From a virus: a DNA stretch of 64,000 nt. A program made the translations under genes and the position numbers. How positions within the stretch are numbered: the first letter of the stretch is position 1; the number at the start of each line of letters is the position of its first letter. The stretch is from IMG/VR virus record IMGVR_UViG_3300032050_010539. One strand, 5' to 3'. Positions 28,618 through 37,493 of this stretch are shown piece after piece. Under the pieces are notes generated by a model. That model was not told where the DNA came from and did not search any database. It worked only from the letters and a program-made list of their open reading frames with translations.

Positions 28618-29376
28618 TTATTCAGGTAAATCTACAGCGGGAGCCCAACCTGCTTCTAACATCGACACGTAATCGATGTCGGGATGGTAGTCCCGTCCAA
28701 CATAAACTCCTTTACCCCGCTGGTAGCGGCAGAGGGGTAATGGCACGTACTTAAGAGGCCGAATGAAGGCATAGTTACCCTCATTCCAGGTAGCCACCTC
28801 CCAGTAAGTAGCCCACTCAGGAACTACCTCCGTTGTGGGTACCTCTACTTCCCACACGGTCGTGAAGGCACGACCAGGATTGAGCTTGACCAGATCCTTT
28901 TCACAGATAATTAGCTCTCTTTTATTTTTCTCGTAGAAGACCTCTATACCTACCTTCTTGGCCAGAGAAGATATTGCACTCGCTAGACGAGGCGAACAGG
29001 GTAGCTTTAGGAAATAAGAGTTGGGATTGAAGTTCCACGTGTCACGACACTCCACCTTAATCGTGTCGGGACCTACCGCCAAAATGCGGTAGTTGAAGTT
29101 ACCGATGGCCCCCTTTAAAGAAGACCACCAACCGTTTTCTATATTTATGTCCACGAAAGTAACTAGAGAGCGGCGGCTTACCCCTTCGTCCTTAAGACGA
29201 GCCTTGAGGTTTCGTATTACCGCATCGCGTGTCTCAGCGATGTCGGCTTCAGATAGAGTCGGGGGCTGGGAACCTCCCATGAAATAGTACGAGATGAACG
29301 CCCACGTCGTTGGGTGGACGTAGACGCCCGCTGCCTGTAATGCGGCGTAGATTGACGCTGCTAGGATTTTATACAT
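28618..29376 (-). CDS. hypothetical early protein
   Basis: 252 aa; motif + AGGAGG. Confidence 0.8.
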   Translation of the reverse strand: MYKILAASIYAALQAAGVYVHPTTWAFISYYFMGGSQPPTLSEADIAETRDAVIRNLKARLKDEGVSRRSLVTFVDINIENGWWSSLKGAIGNFNYRILAVGPDTIKVECRDTWNFNPNSYFLKLPCSPRLASAISSLAKKVGIEVFYEKNKRELIICEKDLVKLNPGRAFTTVWEVEVPTTEVVPEWATYWEVATWNEGNYAFIRPLKYVPLPLCRYQRGKGVYVGRDYHPDIDYVSMLEAGWAPAVDLPE

Positions 29377-29438
29377 GTGTCCTCCTGGGACTAAAATTCA
29401 CCAGAAGGAAAAAGGGGAGCTATATACTCCCCATAGTG

Positions 29439-29588
29439 TTAGTCTATTAGAGTGATGACCTCGAAGTCACCATCTGGTAGAACATACCAGCGGTGACCAT
29501 CCAGGTCTAGATGACATGCTGGCCCATCTACGGACCGGAGTTGAATCGTTTGATGATTTAATTGAAGATAAGTGTGATAAGGGGACAT
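29439..29588 (-). CDS. small early protein (49 aa, MSPYHTYLQLNHQTIQLRSVDGPACHLDLDGHRWYVLPDGDFEVITLID)
   Basis: translated by hand; motif + AGGAGG; has a paralogue. Confidence 0.7.
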   Translation of the reverse strand: MSPYHTYLQLNHQTIQLRSVDGPACHLDLDGHRWYVLPDGDFEVITLID

Positions 29589-29797
29589 GGATTTACCTCC
29601 TAGAGTAAATATTCACTAGAAAGAAAAGGGGAGTGGGCCCTCCTGAGTATTAATTGATTACATAGATGCACTTAGCGTCTATGTAATCGAGTGAGTGGAA
29701 CCACAGCCGTGACTCCACTCAGGTAGCGTAGGCATCCCATTTACTCTGAGGAGTATTCGATTAATAGACTCCTCAGTAACTAGGACTTTATACCCTA

Positions 29798-30313
29798 TTA
29801 CTTTAACCAGCTTAGATCTAGCTGGTAGTGAAAGAGCTTGTCACTCTTCTCTATTGTCTCAAACATCTCATAGAGGCACTCCTCGAGATGATCTCGGTCC
29901 ACCCGGCTAGTCAGGCCGAGCCCCTCCCAGGTAGGCTGAGGGGGTTTAATCTCCACCAAGCAGGTCTTGGCGATGCCAACAGCCAGACGAAGACTATCGG
30001 TACTATAAAGCTGGCCCAGCTTCTTATATACCGCCTCGGCATCGGTAGTAAGCTGAAGAGCCCATAATTCCCCAGTATACTGGCAGACTATTACGTCCAC
30101 CTTGTATACCCGGTCTAGGACTCCCCAATCATCAGTGGGGACGAGACGACGAAGGACACCGCCTCGGGAGTTGAGCTCTAGATGCTTATTCGCGAGCTCA
30201 TGGGCGGCGTTATACAAGTAACCCTCCCCCCATACCTCACGGGGCTTGGGACATTTAAAACCTAATTCTTCAATCACACGCAACACTACTTTCTCCATTT
30301 GTAGACCATTCAT
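29798..30313 (-). CDS. hypothetical protein, possible PD-(D/E)XK-like nuclease
   Basis: LDRVYKVDVIV...WALQLT; motif + AGGAG. Confidence 0.6.
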   Translation of the reverse strand: MNGLQMEKVVLRVIEELGFKCPKPREVWGEGYLYNAAHELANKHLELNSRGGVLRRLVPTDDWGVLDRVYKVDVIVCQYTGELWALQLTTDAEAVYKKLGQLYSTDSLRLAVGIAKTCLVEIKPPQPTWEGLGLTSRVDRDHLEECLYEMFETIEKSDKLFHYQLDLSWLK

Positions 30314-30379
30314 GATGTACTCCTAGGATTATAAACTACTAGAAGGAAAAAGGGGCCTGCCCAGGCCCCTTAACTACTA

Positions 30380-30511
30380 CTATTTGTCTACCTTACATAG
30401 TGAGGTAGGTAGAGGCCCATAACAGGCCTCATGGTATACTCCACCAATGATGGCACCGCATGTGCCAAGAATTACCGCAATAGCTGCTATGTAAGATAAT
30501 GTGTATTTCAT
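30380..30511 (-). CDS. small membrane peptide (43 aa, MKYTLSYIAAIAVILGTCGAIIGGVYHEACYGPLPTSLCKVDK)
   Basis: translated by hand; own motif and AGGAGG; paralogue adjacent. Confidence 0.75.
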   Translation of the reverse strand: MKYTLSYIAAIAVILGTCGAIIGGVYHEACYGPLPTSLCKVDK

Positions 30512-30573
30512 AATCCCTCCTAGGGTTATAGATCACTAGAAGGAAAAAGGGGCCTGGGCAGGCCCCTTAACTA

Positions 30574-30708
30574 CTACTCTTTGTCTACCTCGCACGCCGT
30601 CACGGGGTAGTTACTGTGACAAATGCCTACGTATACTCCACCAATGATGGCAGAGCATGTTAGTAAAACGGCACTGACAGCAATAACAATTGATAGTTTA
30701 GTATTCAT
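30574..30708 (-). CDS. small membrane peptide (44 aa, MNTKLSIVIAVSAVLLTCSAIIGGVYVGICHSNYPVTACEVDKE)
   Basis: translated by hand; own motif and AGGAGG. Confidence 0.75.
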   Translation of the reverse strand: MNTKLSIVIAVSAVLLTCSAIIGGVYVGICHSNYPVTACEVDKE

Positions 30709-30789
30709 AATACCCTCCTTGGGTATAAAGATCACTAAAAGAAAAGGGGCTACGAGGCCCCTTTTCTTTTATTTCATGTCCAGATACTC

Positions 30790-30927
30790 CTAACGTACAG
30801 ATGGTATGTTTTGACCGTCTCCACGGCTAGGTAATTGATTAGTTATTACCGGATTAGTTATTACCGTTATGAAGATGACGGGAATTATAACTATGGATAC
30901 TACTAATGTTAATGCTAATGATTTCAT
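30790..30927 (-). CDS. small membrane peptide (45 aa, MKSLALTLVVSIVIIPVIF...)
   Basis: translated by hand; own motif and GGGAGG. Confidence 0.65.
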   Translation of the reverse strand: MKSLALTLVVSIVIIPVIFITVITNPVITNQLPSRGDGQNIPSVR

Positions 30928-30987
30928 AATCCCTCCCGGGTTAATAGTTCAATGAAAGAAAAAGGGGCACTGTGCCCCTTCTATCAA

Positions 30988-31311
30988 CTACTTAACAAGG
31001 ATGTAGTTGATGTCGAACTGGAGTATATCCTCCTCCGTCCATCGTTCTCCTTCTGCCAACCGCCGAGGGCTGACAAATAAACATACAATATACTCGGCCC
31101 CTGGGGGCACCTGTACCCGATTCACGGGTACGGTTACTCCGAGACGGGCGGAGAGTAGCTCCGCCGTAGAGAGGTGCCCTATAGCACTTGTCCAGTCAGT
31201 AATGGAGAGGAGAGCGCGGGCCTCTTCCTCTGAAATACAAGTGCTGGTTATAACCCCACCTGGTGTGGTGGGGTACAAAGAATTGGGAAAAGAGTTCAAA
31301 ACGTAAAGCAT
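30988..31311 (-). CDS. acrIII-1: AcrIII-1 (DUF1874/STIV B116-like) cyclic-oligoadenylate ring nuclease
   Basis: LYVLNSF, SAIGHLSTA, VPVNRVQV, RRLAEG match the family's N-x-F, GH, NR and RL-x-EG motifs; 107 aa from ATG 31311 with GAGGAG RBS. Confidence 0.88.
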   Translation of the reverse strand: MLYVLNSFPNSLYPTTPGGVITSTCISEEEARALLSITDWTSAIGHLSTAELLSARLGVTVPVNRVQVPPGAEYIVCLFVSPRRLAEGERWTEEDILQFDINYILVK

Positions 31312-31492
31312 AATCTCCTCCTTAGAGATAAGGTTCACTACGAGGAAAAAGGGACCCGAGGCCCCTCCTTATCTACTCTACTTATTTAGCTCCGCTCACT
31401 CACGGTGGAGCTTCGCTATTTCCTGCTTTATCTGTTCCATCTCGCGGCGTAAAGCCACGAGATTAATAACAGGAGCGGGGAGGCGTTGTTGA

Positions 31493-33463
31493 TCAGTTAT
31501 GACTGATCACATAGACGCGCTTAGCATCCGTATACCCTTTGTAATCTTGTGGTAGAAGAGACCCTCCTACTTTAAGTACCTTGCCCCATGCGGCGAGGGC
31601 ACCATAAAGATCCCCGTTTGCTCCGAGGAGCACCCGGTTGACGAAGGCACTATAGAGATCCCCACTTTCTCCCATGATCACCCCTTCGATGAACCACATC
31701 TTAAGAATCTTCTGGGCTATCTCTTCGTAGAGAAGAATAACCGTGGGCTCTCGTTGCTCTAGCCCAAGTGCTTCGCAATTGTCGAAGCACAAATCCCCGG
31801 ACTTGTTAATCCAGGTCCAGGACTGGGCTATTATGGTTCCTATATCATCTTCAAATACGAGGAATCCAGAATTGGGCTTTTCTTGCCCATACCAAGCGCA
31901 GGCCCCCCCATCTCCGTCTGGGTGCTGACAACAGTTGGTATATTCACCGAGGAAGAGCCCTCGCGTATCCTCCCGGGGGAGGAAGTACGCCCGTATTCCA
32001 TCCCGGGTTGCACTAATCCCCGGGAGGAAGTTGGGTTGTTGTAGGGAACGTATAAAACGCCCCTCGTAGTACTCGAAATCCCGGGTAGATACGCCCCAAT
32101 TGGCGCACTCAAAAGCAAACTCTTGGTGCTTAATATTTGTGTACTTACGTACTTTACATGCCGTCACTAGTTGACGGAATGGCAGAGAGCGCTCCTCTGT
32201 ATTTAGTTTGTGCCAGACTCGGCATATTAAGCCGAGTTCAGAAACTGAGGTAGAGCGCTGGCGTAGGCGCTCCCCCTGTGCGAATAGAAACTCGCTCAAT
32301 CCCTGCCCGCCGAGGGGTAACCAGTAGGTGGCGTCATGCTCGCTGTAGCCGAGCTTGGCCATCTTACTGAGCCACTCCTCAGAGCGGCCTCCAAAAGTAA
32401 CCACCAATGGGACAATGTACTCTAGAGGATTCTCACGTAGCAATAGCTTATTAGCTGCTGTTACCTTCAAGGTAGGTATATGCCCGCCCTCCCCAAATAT
32501 AGTTTCTTCGTTTTCTTTAAAGGCCTTGAGCAGAGGGCGCTCAATAGCACAACTAAGTTCCCCGTACAATTTACGGAGGGCTAGGCGCTTGTGCCCATTA
32601 AGCCACAGGTACTGAGCTATGGCCGTGCGCCCCAAGTGGCACACCTCATTAAAGCGCTGCCAGAACGCATTAACGCGTTCGGTACGGGAACGGCGGCGTG
32701 CCCGATCCCATTGTTTCCCCTCCTCTTTCCAGATGACCCCAGCAAGGGCTCGGAGGTCTGGGCGGGACTTGTACAGAGTTCCCAGCCGTACAGCCAGAGA
32801 CTTAGGAATCTCTGTATTGTACTTCCACACGCTCGCAGCTGGGATTAGATCCCAGACGTTACCAATGCGGGTGGAAACAGGCATACGAACTAGTACACGC
32901 TTAACCCAAATGGGTAAGCGGTTATAGTTCGGGGTGCATGCTACTGCCAATACCGTACTGTGGTCTGGTTGGTAACCAGAGTTCCATACCCGCCCAGGGG
33001 CGCGGACACCCTCCCATAGAGGGAGAAAGCGCTTTACTTCCCACCAGTGTTTAACACCTAGATCTACTAGGCGTTCAGCTAACTGAGGAGTTCTTAGCTC
33101 CTCGAACCAAATTCCCTCTTTCTCGTAGGGGAGTTTAATACCTTCGTTTAAATGAAGGTATCGGATAAGGCGGAGGCGCACTTTATTTGCTTCCTTTGCC
33201 TCCTCCAAGGCTACTTCTCGGGTGATGACCCGAGAGATAATCCAGCGCTGGGAGCTAGATAGACTATTCCACTCCTCCCATTCACTCCAGGGAGTGAATG
33301 GATTGAGTTCCAGCCACTCCCGGAACTCAAGTAAAACGTTATAAAGAGAGAAGTAGTAGGGAGCGGGGTCAGCTCCCAACTCAGCTCCCAACTCCCACTC
33401 AAAGGAGTAGGCAAGCTGAATACGGCCCGCTTTGGTTTTGGCAGATTTGATAAACTTAGACAT
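31493..33463 (-). CDS. large hypothetical early protein with C-terminal PcfJ-like/GNAT-like domain
   Basis: LFLGEYTNCCQH..G.GGAC...SGFLVF...IIAQSWTW...LCFDNCE pattern. Confidence 0.65.
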   Translation of the reverse strand: MSKFIKSAKTKAGRIQLAYSFEWELGAELGADPAPYYFSLYNVLLEFREWLELNPFTPWSEWEEWNSLSSSQRWIISRVITREVALEEAKEANKVRLRLIRYLHLNEGIKLPYEKEGIWFEELRTPQLAERLVDLGVKHWWEVKRFLPLWEGVRAPGRVWNSGYQPDHSTVLAVACTPNYNRLPIWVKRVLVRMPVSTRIGNVWDLIPAASVWKYNTEIPKSLAVRLGTLYKSRPDLRALAGVIWKEEGKQWDRARRRSRTERVNAFWQRFNEVCHLGRTAIAQYLWLNGHKRLALRKLYGELSCAIERPLLKAFKENEETIFGEGGHIPTLKVTAANKLLLRENPLEYIVPLVVTFGGRSEEWLSKMAKLGYSEHDATYWLPLGGQGLSEFLFAQGERLRQRSTSVSELGLICRVWHKLNTEERSLPFRQLVTACKVRKYTNIKHQEFAFECANWGVSTRDFEYYEGRFIRSLQQPNFLPGISATRDGIRAYFLPREDTRGLFLGEYTNCCQHPDGDGGACAWYGQEKPNSGFLVFEDDIGTIIAQSWTWINKSGDLCFDNCEALGLEQREPTVILLYEEIAQKILKMWFIEGVIMGESGDLYSAFVNRVLLGANGDLYGALAAWGKVLKVGGSLLPQDYKGYTDAKRVYVISHN

Positions 33464-33614
33464 AGAATTGTCCTCCTGGGACTAAAATTCACCAGAAGGA
33501 AAAAGGGGCCCGCAGGCCCTATTATTAATGCTATACCATCATCTACTTGAAGCAAATGATATCAATACCCAAGAGGATCGAGCATCCCTATATTAGTTGG
33601 AATGGATAACCTCT

Positions 33615-33794
33615 GGGTGGGGGAGGGGGTATACCCTATAATACACCAAAATACCGCCAGCAAATATCGAGAATCTAAGAGCTCTAGGTATTAATACGTA
33701 TATAGTTTAATACCGCCAGCAGGAGGGTGGGGGAGGGGGTATACCCTATAATACACCAAAATACCGCCAGCAAATATCGAGAATCTAAGAGCTC
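33615..33794. repeat. 70-bp perfect direct repeat x2 at the strand-switch point
   Basis: 33615-33684 = 33725-33794 (GGGTGGGGGAGGGGGTATACCC...AAGAGCTC). Confidence 0.95.
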
Positions 33795-33849
33795 AGTAAT
33801 AAGCTGTAGAGGTATGGCAGTATGGAGCAGTTATATAGGAGGTAATGAT

Positions 33850-34476
33850 ATGTTAAAGGACATCAAAGGAACAGTGAAGATAGAGGACCTAAGTGAAGAG
33901 CAAATAAGAGAATTACAGAGGAGGCTAGGGATACAGCAGACAGGAATAATGGGGCCAATGACGAGGAAGGCCTGGGAGGACTGGAAGAGGAGTAAGGGTA
34001 TGGGGGAACCGGGGTTAATAGGGCCGGGTTCTATAGGTCTATTACTAGAGGAGATAGACTGGACGGATATGACGAGTAAGGTAAGCAAGTACTTTACTGT
34101 GGGAGAGGTAACGAAGCGGCAGGCGGCGCGCATACCAACGAGTAAGGTCATCCAGGACAATATAGTGAGACTAGCTAAGGAGTTAGATAAGGTAAGGGAG
34201 GAGTGGGGTAAGCCCATTATAGTAACGAGTTGGTATAGGCCCCTCGCGATTAACAGGGCAGTAGGAGGAGTGGATAATAGTCAGCATATAGAGGGGTTAG
34301 CGGTAGACATAGTGCCCATAGACCCCGTCGAACTAATCGAGTTCGAGAGGTGGTTAGACGAACATTGGTACGGTCCGCTGGGGTGGGGGGCCCAGAGTGG
34401 GAGGGGCTTCACGCACCTAGGGTTAACGAAAGGGTGGAGAGCAGGAGGAAAGAAGGGGCCCCGCTGGAGATACTAA
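33850..34476 (+). CDS. endolysin: peptidoglycan-binding domain + peptidase M15A
   Basis: SKYFTVGE, PIIVTSWYR..NRAVGG..SQH..GLAVDI, FTHL; AGGAGG before ATG 33850. Confidence 0.9.
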   Translation: MLKDIKGTVKIEDLSEEQIRELQRRLGIQQTGIMGPMTRKAWEDWKRSKGMGEPGLIGPGSIGLLLEEIDWTDMTSKVSKYFTVGEVTKRQAARIPTSKVIQDNIVRLAKELDKVREEWGKPIIVTSWYRPLAINRAVGGVDNSQHIEGLAVDIVPIDPVELIEFERWLDEHWYGPLGWGAQSGRGFTHLGLTKGWRAGGKKGPRWRY

Positions 34477-34533
34477 TGCCTACCCCTCCCCACACAAGAC
34501 AAGGAGCATTAGCATACTGATACAAATAGAAGT

Positions 34534-35289
34534 ATGCTAAGAAACATTGATAGAGCAATGCGGCTGCAAGAGTTAAATAGTCAGCAGGTGCGGGAGCTAC
34601 AACAGGAGCTAGGTGGTTTAGTAGTAGATGGAGTAATGGGGCCGAGGACAGAGGCTAGGTGGAAGGAGTGGAAGAAGGCAAATAATCAAGCAGAGCCCAA
34701 CCTAATAGGACCAGGCTCTGTGCGTCTATTACTATCAGATGAGGAAGTAATGACGAGAGGAGAGTACGATCTAGCGTTAGCCCCCGCCTCTAAGAAAGAT
34801 AGGGATCGATACTACAGGCCTCTAATGGCAGCGATGGAGGAGTGTAATATAAAGGGGCCCGCGCGTATGGGGATGTTCTTAGCTCAGCTGATGCACGAGT
34901 CGGGGAACCTACGTTACGATGAGGAGATATGGGGGCCCACACCAATACAGAGGGGATACGAGGGCAGGAGAGACCTCGGTAATATAAAGGTAGGAGATGG
35001 GCGAAGATTCAGGGGTAGAGGTTTATTTCAGTTAACGGGCCGGGCCAATTACCAAAACATGGGGAATATGCTAGGGCTACCGCTAGTAGATAACCCAGAA
35101 CTAGCAAGGGAGCCCGTCAACTCAGCACGCATAGCGGCGCACTACTGGAGAACACGGGGGCTAAATGAAATAGCAGACAAGAATGATATAAACGCATTCA
35201 GGCAGGTAACACGACGTATCAATGGCGGGCTGATAGGGTTATCAGATAGACTAGAGCATTGGAAAAGAATACAGGCGGTGCTGACATGA
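34534..35289 (+). CDS. endolysin: peptidoglycan-binding domain + GH19 (chitinase/lysozyme) domain
   Basis: FLAQLMHESG, YEGRRDLGN, DGRRFRGRGLFQLTGRANY, TRRINGG. Confidence 0.92.
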   Translation: MLRNIDRAMRLQELNSQQVRELQQELGGLVVDGVMGPRTEARWKEWKKANNQAEPNLIGPGSVRLLLSDEEVMTRGEYDLALAPASKKDRDRYYRPLMAAMEECNIKGPARMGMFLAQLMHESGNLRYDEEIWGPTPIQRGYEGRRDLGNIKVGDGRRFRGRGLFQLTGRANYQNMGNMLGLPLVDNPELAREPVNSARIAAHYWRTRGLNEIADKNDINAFRQVTRRINGGLIGLSDRLEHWKRIQAVLT

Positions 35290-35696
35290 TAACAGGAAGG
35301 TTCCGTATATATCCGAGTAGAGACAACTATATGTTAGAGGAAGACGGTCACTACTATGAGGCCCGCATTCACGACACTGTGGGATCTCTACTATTATGGG
35401 GGCACCAGAAGAGAGAGGGGCATACAGTAGACTATAAGGCCATAGTAATACCAGACGATAATATAAATGAGGACGGCCATATACATAGTAGAGTGGGATG
35501 GGTAGGGTTATGTCTTCCCTACCTAGATGCCGGTATAATAGCGCACGAGGCCCTACACATAGCCACATCATATCTGAGACTGAAGGGTCTACTTAAACTA
35601 GGAGAAGATATAGATGATGATGAAGAGACATTAGCGTATACGTTAGGTACGGTAATGAGCCAGATAGGGGCGTATATACACAAGAGATACAGATAG
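35286..35696 (+). CDS. HExxH-motif putative metallopeptidase
   Basis: IIAHEALHI...DEETLAY; ATGA coupling to the endolysin. Confidence 0.65.
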   Translation: MITGRFRIYPSRDNYMLEEDGHYYEARIHDTVGSLLLWGHQKREGHTVDYKAIVIPDDNINEDGHIHSRVGWVGLCLPYLDAGIIAHEALHIATSYLRLKGLLKLGEDIDDDEETLAYTLGTVMSQIGAYIHKRYR

Positions 35697-35767
35697 TATT
35701 GGCAGAGGCGGCCCCGCAAATTTATTGTAGTTCCTCTGTAATTTAATTATTTAATTAGGAGTAATTT

Positions 35768-36694
35768 ATGACGTTACCTATTGTCGGCTCGAGATACGGA
35801 TTTGCCACTTATGGTTGGCGTACATCTGAGGTTGGCGGAGCATATTTTAATATGCCTGATTTTCTTTTATTCCTGGATGCTATTGGTATCACCTCGACGC
35901 ATCGATTTGTCAGTGCAGATGGGACGCTAATTAATCTTCGATTCCCAGAGGTTGATACTGACTTAATCCAGTTGGGAAATGTAACTGAAAGTTCTAGCGA
36001 TGGGAGGTATCGGGTGTCGATGGTACGTGCTAATAATAATGTTGGAACTAACCCATTTTTCTGGTCGCTTTTGGCGCATACCTATGCCACAAGAACCCAG
36101 CTTAATGACACAAGATCTACAGTAGTAGGTACGTTTGGCGCAGTCTCAGGATACTTATACGCCTGTGCCGATGATATGGGGATTGCTATGTTCGCGGCGA
36201 CTAATACCGGATTATCTACATATAGTGGCCAAACATCTTTTCACTATTTTGGACACTGCGGGGATCCAGCATCCGTAGCTTATTTTGGCAATAATGACCG
36301 CTATCCACTGGACTATGTTGCAGTTGGATCTGGCGGTGATTTTAGAAGAATTAAGGAGATAGCATTACCTGGAACACCAGGGGGCATACAATCCCCTCAA
36401 CCTGTGGTAGTTATTGGATCTATTAATTGCGTCAATCCTACTCCTGGTGCCAATAGTACTGATCTTATGTTTAGGGACAACGGTCCCTCAGACTATGGGA
36501 CTAATTATCCCCTAGGAAGAGCCAGACCCTTTTTATTATTTATTAACCAAAATCTAGCAGTGAATAGTCTAGTAAGGGTTCTAAACGAAGAAGAACCGAC
36601 ACCAGAAGATCACTTTCACATAGTAGTTAGTAGTGTTACTGGTGGCGGCAGCATATTAATGCCAATTATTACTGAAAATTACACCTTGCCATAG
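35768..36694 (+). CDS. hypothetical beta-rich protein (possible virion/receptor-binding)
   Basis: 308 aa, G/S/T/N-rich; AGGAG RBS; composition differs from neighbours. Confidence 0.6.
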   Translation: MTLPIVGSRYGFATYGWRTSEVGGAYFNMPDFLLFLDAIGITSTHRFVSADGTLINLRFPEVDTDLIQLGNVTESSSDGRYRVSMVRANNNVGTNPFFWSLLAHTYATRTQLNDTRSTVVGTFGAVSGYLYACADDMGIAMFAATNTGLSTYSGQTSFHYFGHCGDPASVAYFGNNDRYPLDYVAVGSGGDFRRIKEIALPGTPGGIQSPQPVVVIGSINCVNPTPGANSTDLMFRDNGPSDYGTNYPLGRARPFLLFINQNLAVNSLVRVLNEEEPTPEDHFHIVVSSVTGGGSILMPIITENYTLP

Positions 36695-36746
36695 CAGATT
36701 GATTGAGGGCGCAACACTTAACCTTCTCAAAGTCAATCAATACTAA

Positions 36747-37466
36747 TTAGTCTTGAGTTAGGTATGGCTTTGAAACAAGTGTCTTAAGTTTGTTGAATAC
36801 CTGTATTTTATGGGCTACGCCGTGTACCGGTATGACTATGTTCTTACCTGTATTACCATTACATTTAAGGCACGCGCTACACTGAGTCTCGTTAACTGAA
36901 TAGAGACAAGCCTGCTCTCCCCTAATAGGTAGCTCACCATCTATAGCAACCCGATAGGTAGCCCAACCCATAGAGTGGGCCAGCTTTAAATCCTCATATG
37001 ACTCTACACTAGCATGGAGATAGTTGCGCCACTCAGGGTCACAATCACGCCATCGATGAGTATAACCAGTCCATCCCGGTGCCTTATTAATTAGAGGTAG
37101 CCAAGCAGAGAGGGGCACCATAGCTGGATCGCCATAGGCTCCCAAGCGCAGGGGGAATGGTAGTGTAGTGTTCTTCCAGGTATCGAGATCACCACGTTCC
37201 CACATACGCCATAGGTTATTAGAGGCCCGCGGATCCACATAACACACCCGTTTCCGCAGAGGACAATCACCGCATATACTACTATCAGCACCAGACTGTA
37301 TATTAGATATAGGCGAGCCCTCCTGACGCAGGATATATGTCTGTATCATAAAGCCCGTCTTACGGTTCATACTGGGGCGCTGGAATCCACTGGCGAGAAC
37401 TACTATAGGTTGACTGTCCCAGAGAGAAGGACCACTCCATATAACGAGGGTACTACTTTTATACAT
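36747..37466 (-). CDS. Cys-rich putative Fe-S (radical-SAM-like/Gp88-like) phage protein
   Basis: NRKTG.MIQTYI, ICGDCPL..CYV, LRLGAYGDP, GYTHRW, ASVES, C..C.KC. Confidence 0.6.
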   Translation of the reverse strand: MYKSSTLVIWSGPSLWDSQPIVVLASGFQRPSMNRKTGFMIQTYILRQEGSPISNIQSGADSSICGDCPLRKRVCYVDPRASNNLWRMWERGDLDTWKNTTLPFPLRLGAYGDPAMVPLSAWLPLINKAPGWTGYTHRWRDCDPEWRNYLHASVESYEDLKLAHSMGWATYRVAIDGELPIRGEQACLYSVNETQCSACLKCNGNTGKNIVIPVHGVAHKIQVFNKLKTLVSKPYLTQD

Positions 37467-37493
37467 AGAATATAGTCTAGAATGGATTGAGGT

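Larger units (their letters stand above)
22367..33520 (-). promoter_or_regulatory. 11 copies of an intergenic element: GC hairpin + TTTT(T)CY(T)TYTAGTG, usually followed by a YAGGAGG RBS
   Basis: copies start on the + strand at ~22367, 27539, 28343, 29399, 29614, 30337, 30534, 30733, 30950, 31336, 33490; ten lie 21-27 nt before an ATG. Confidence 0.85.
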
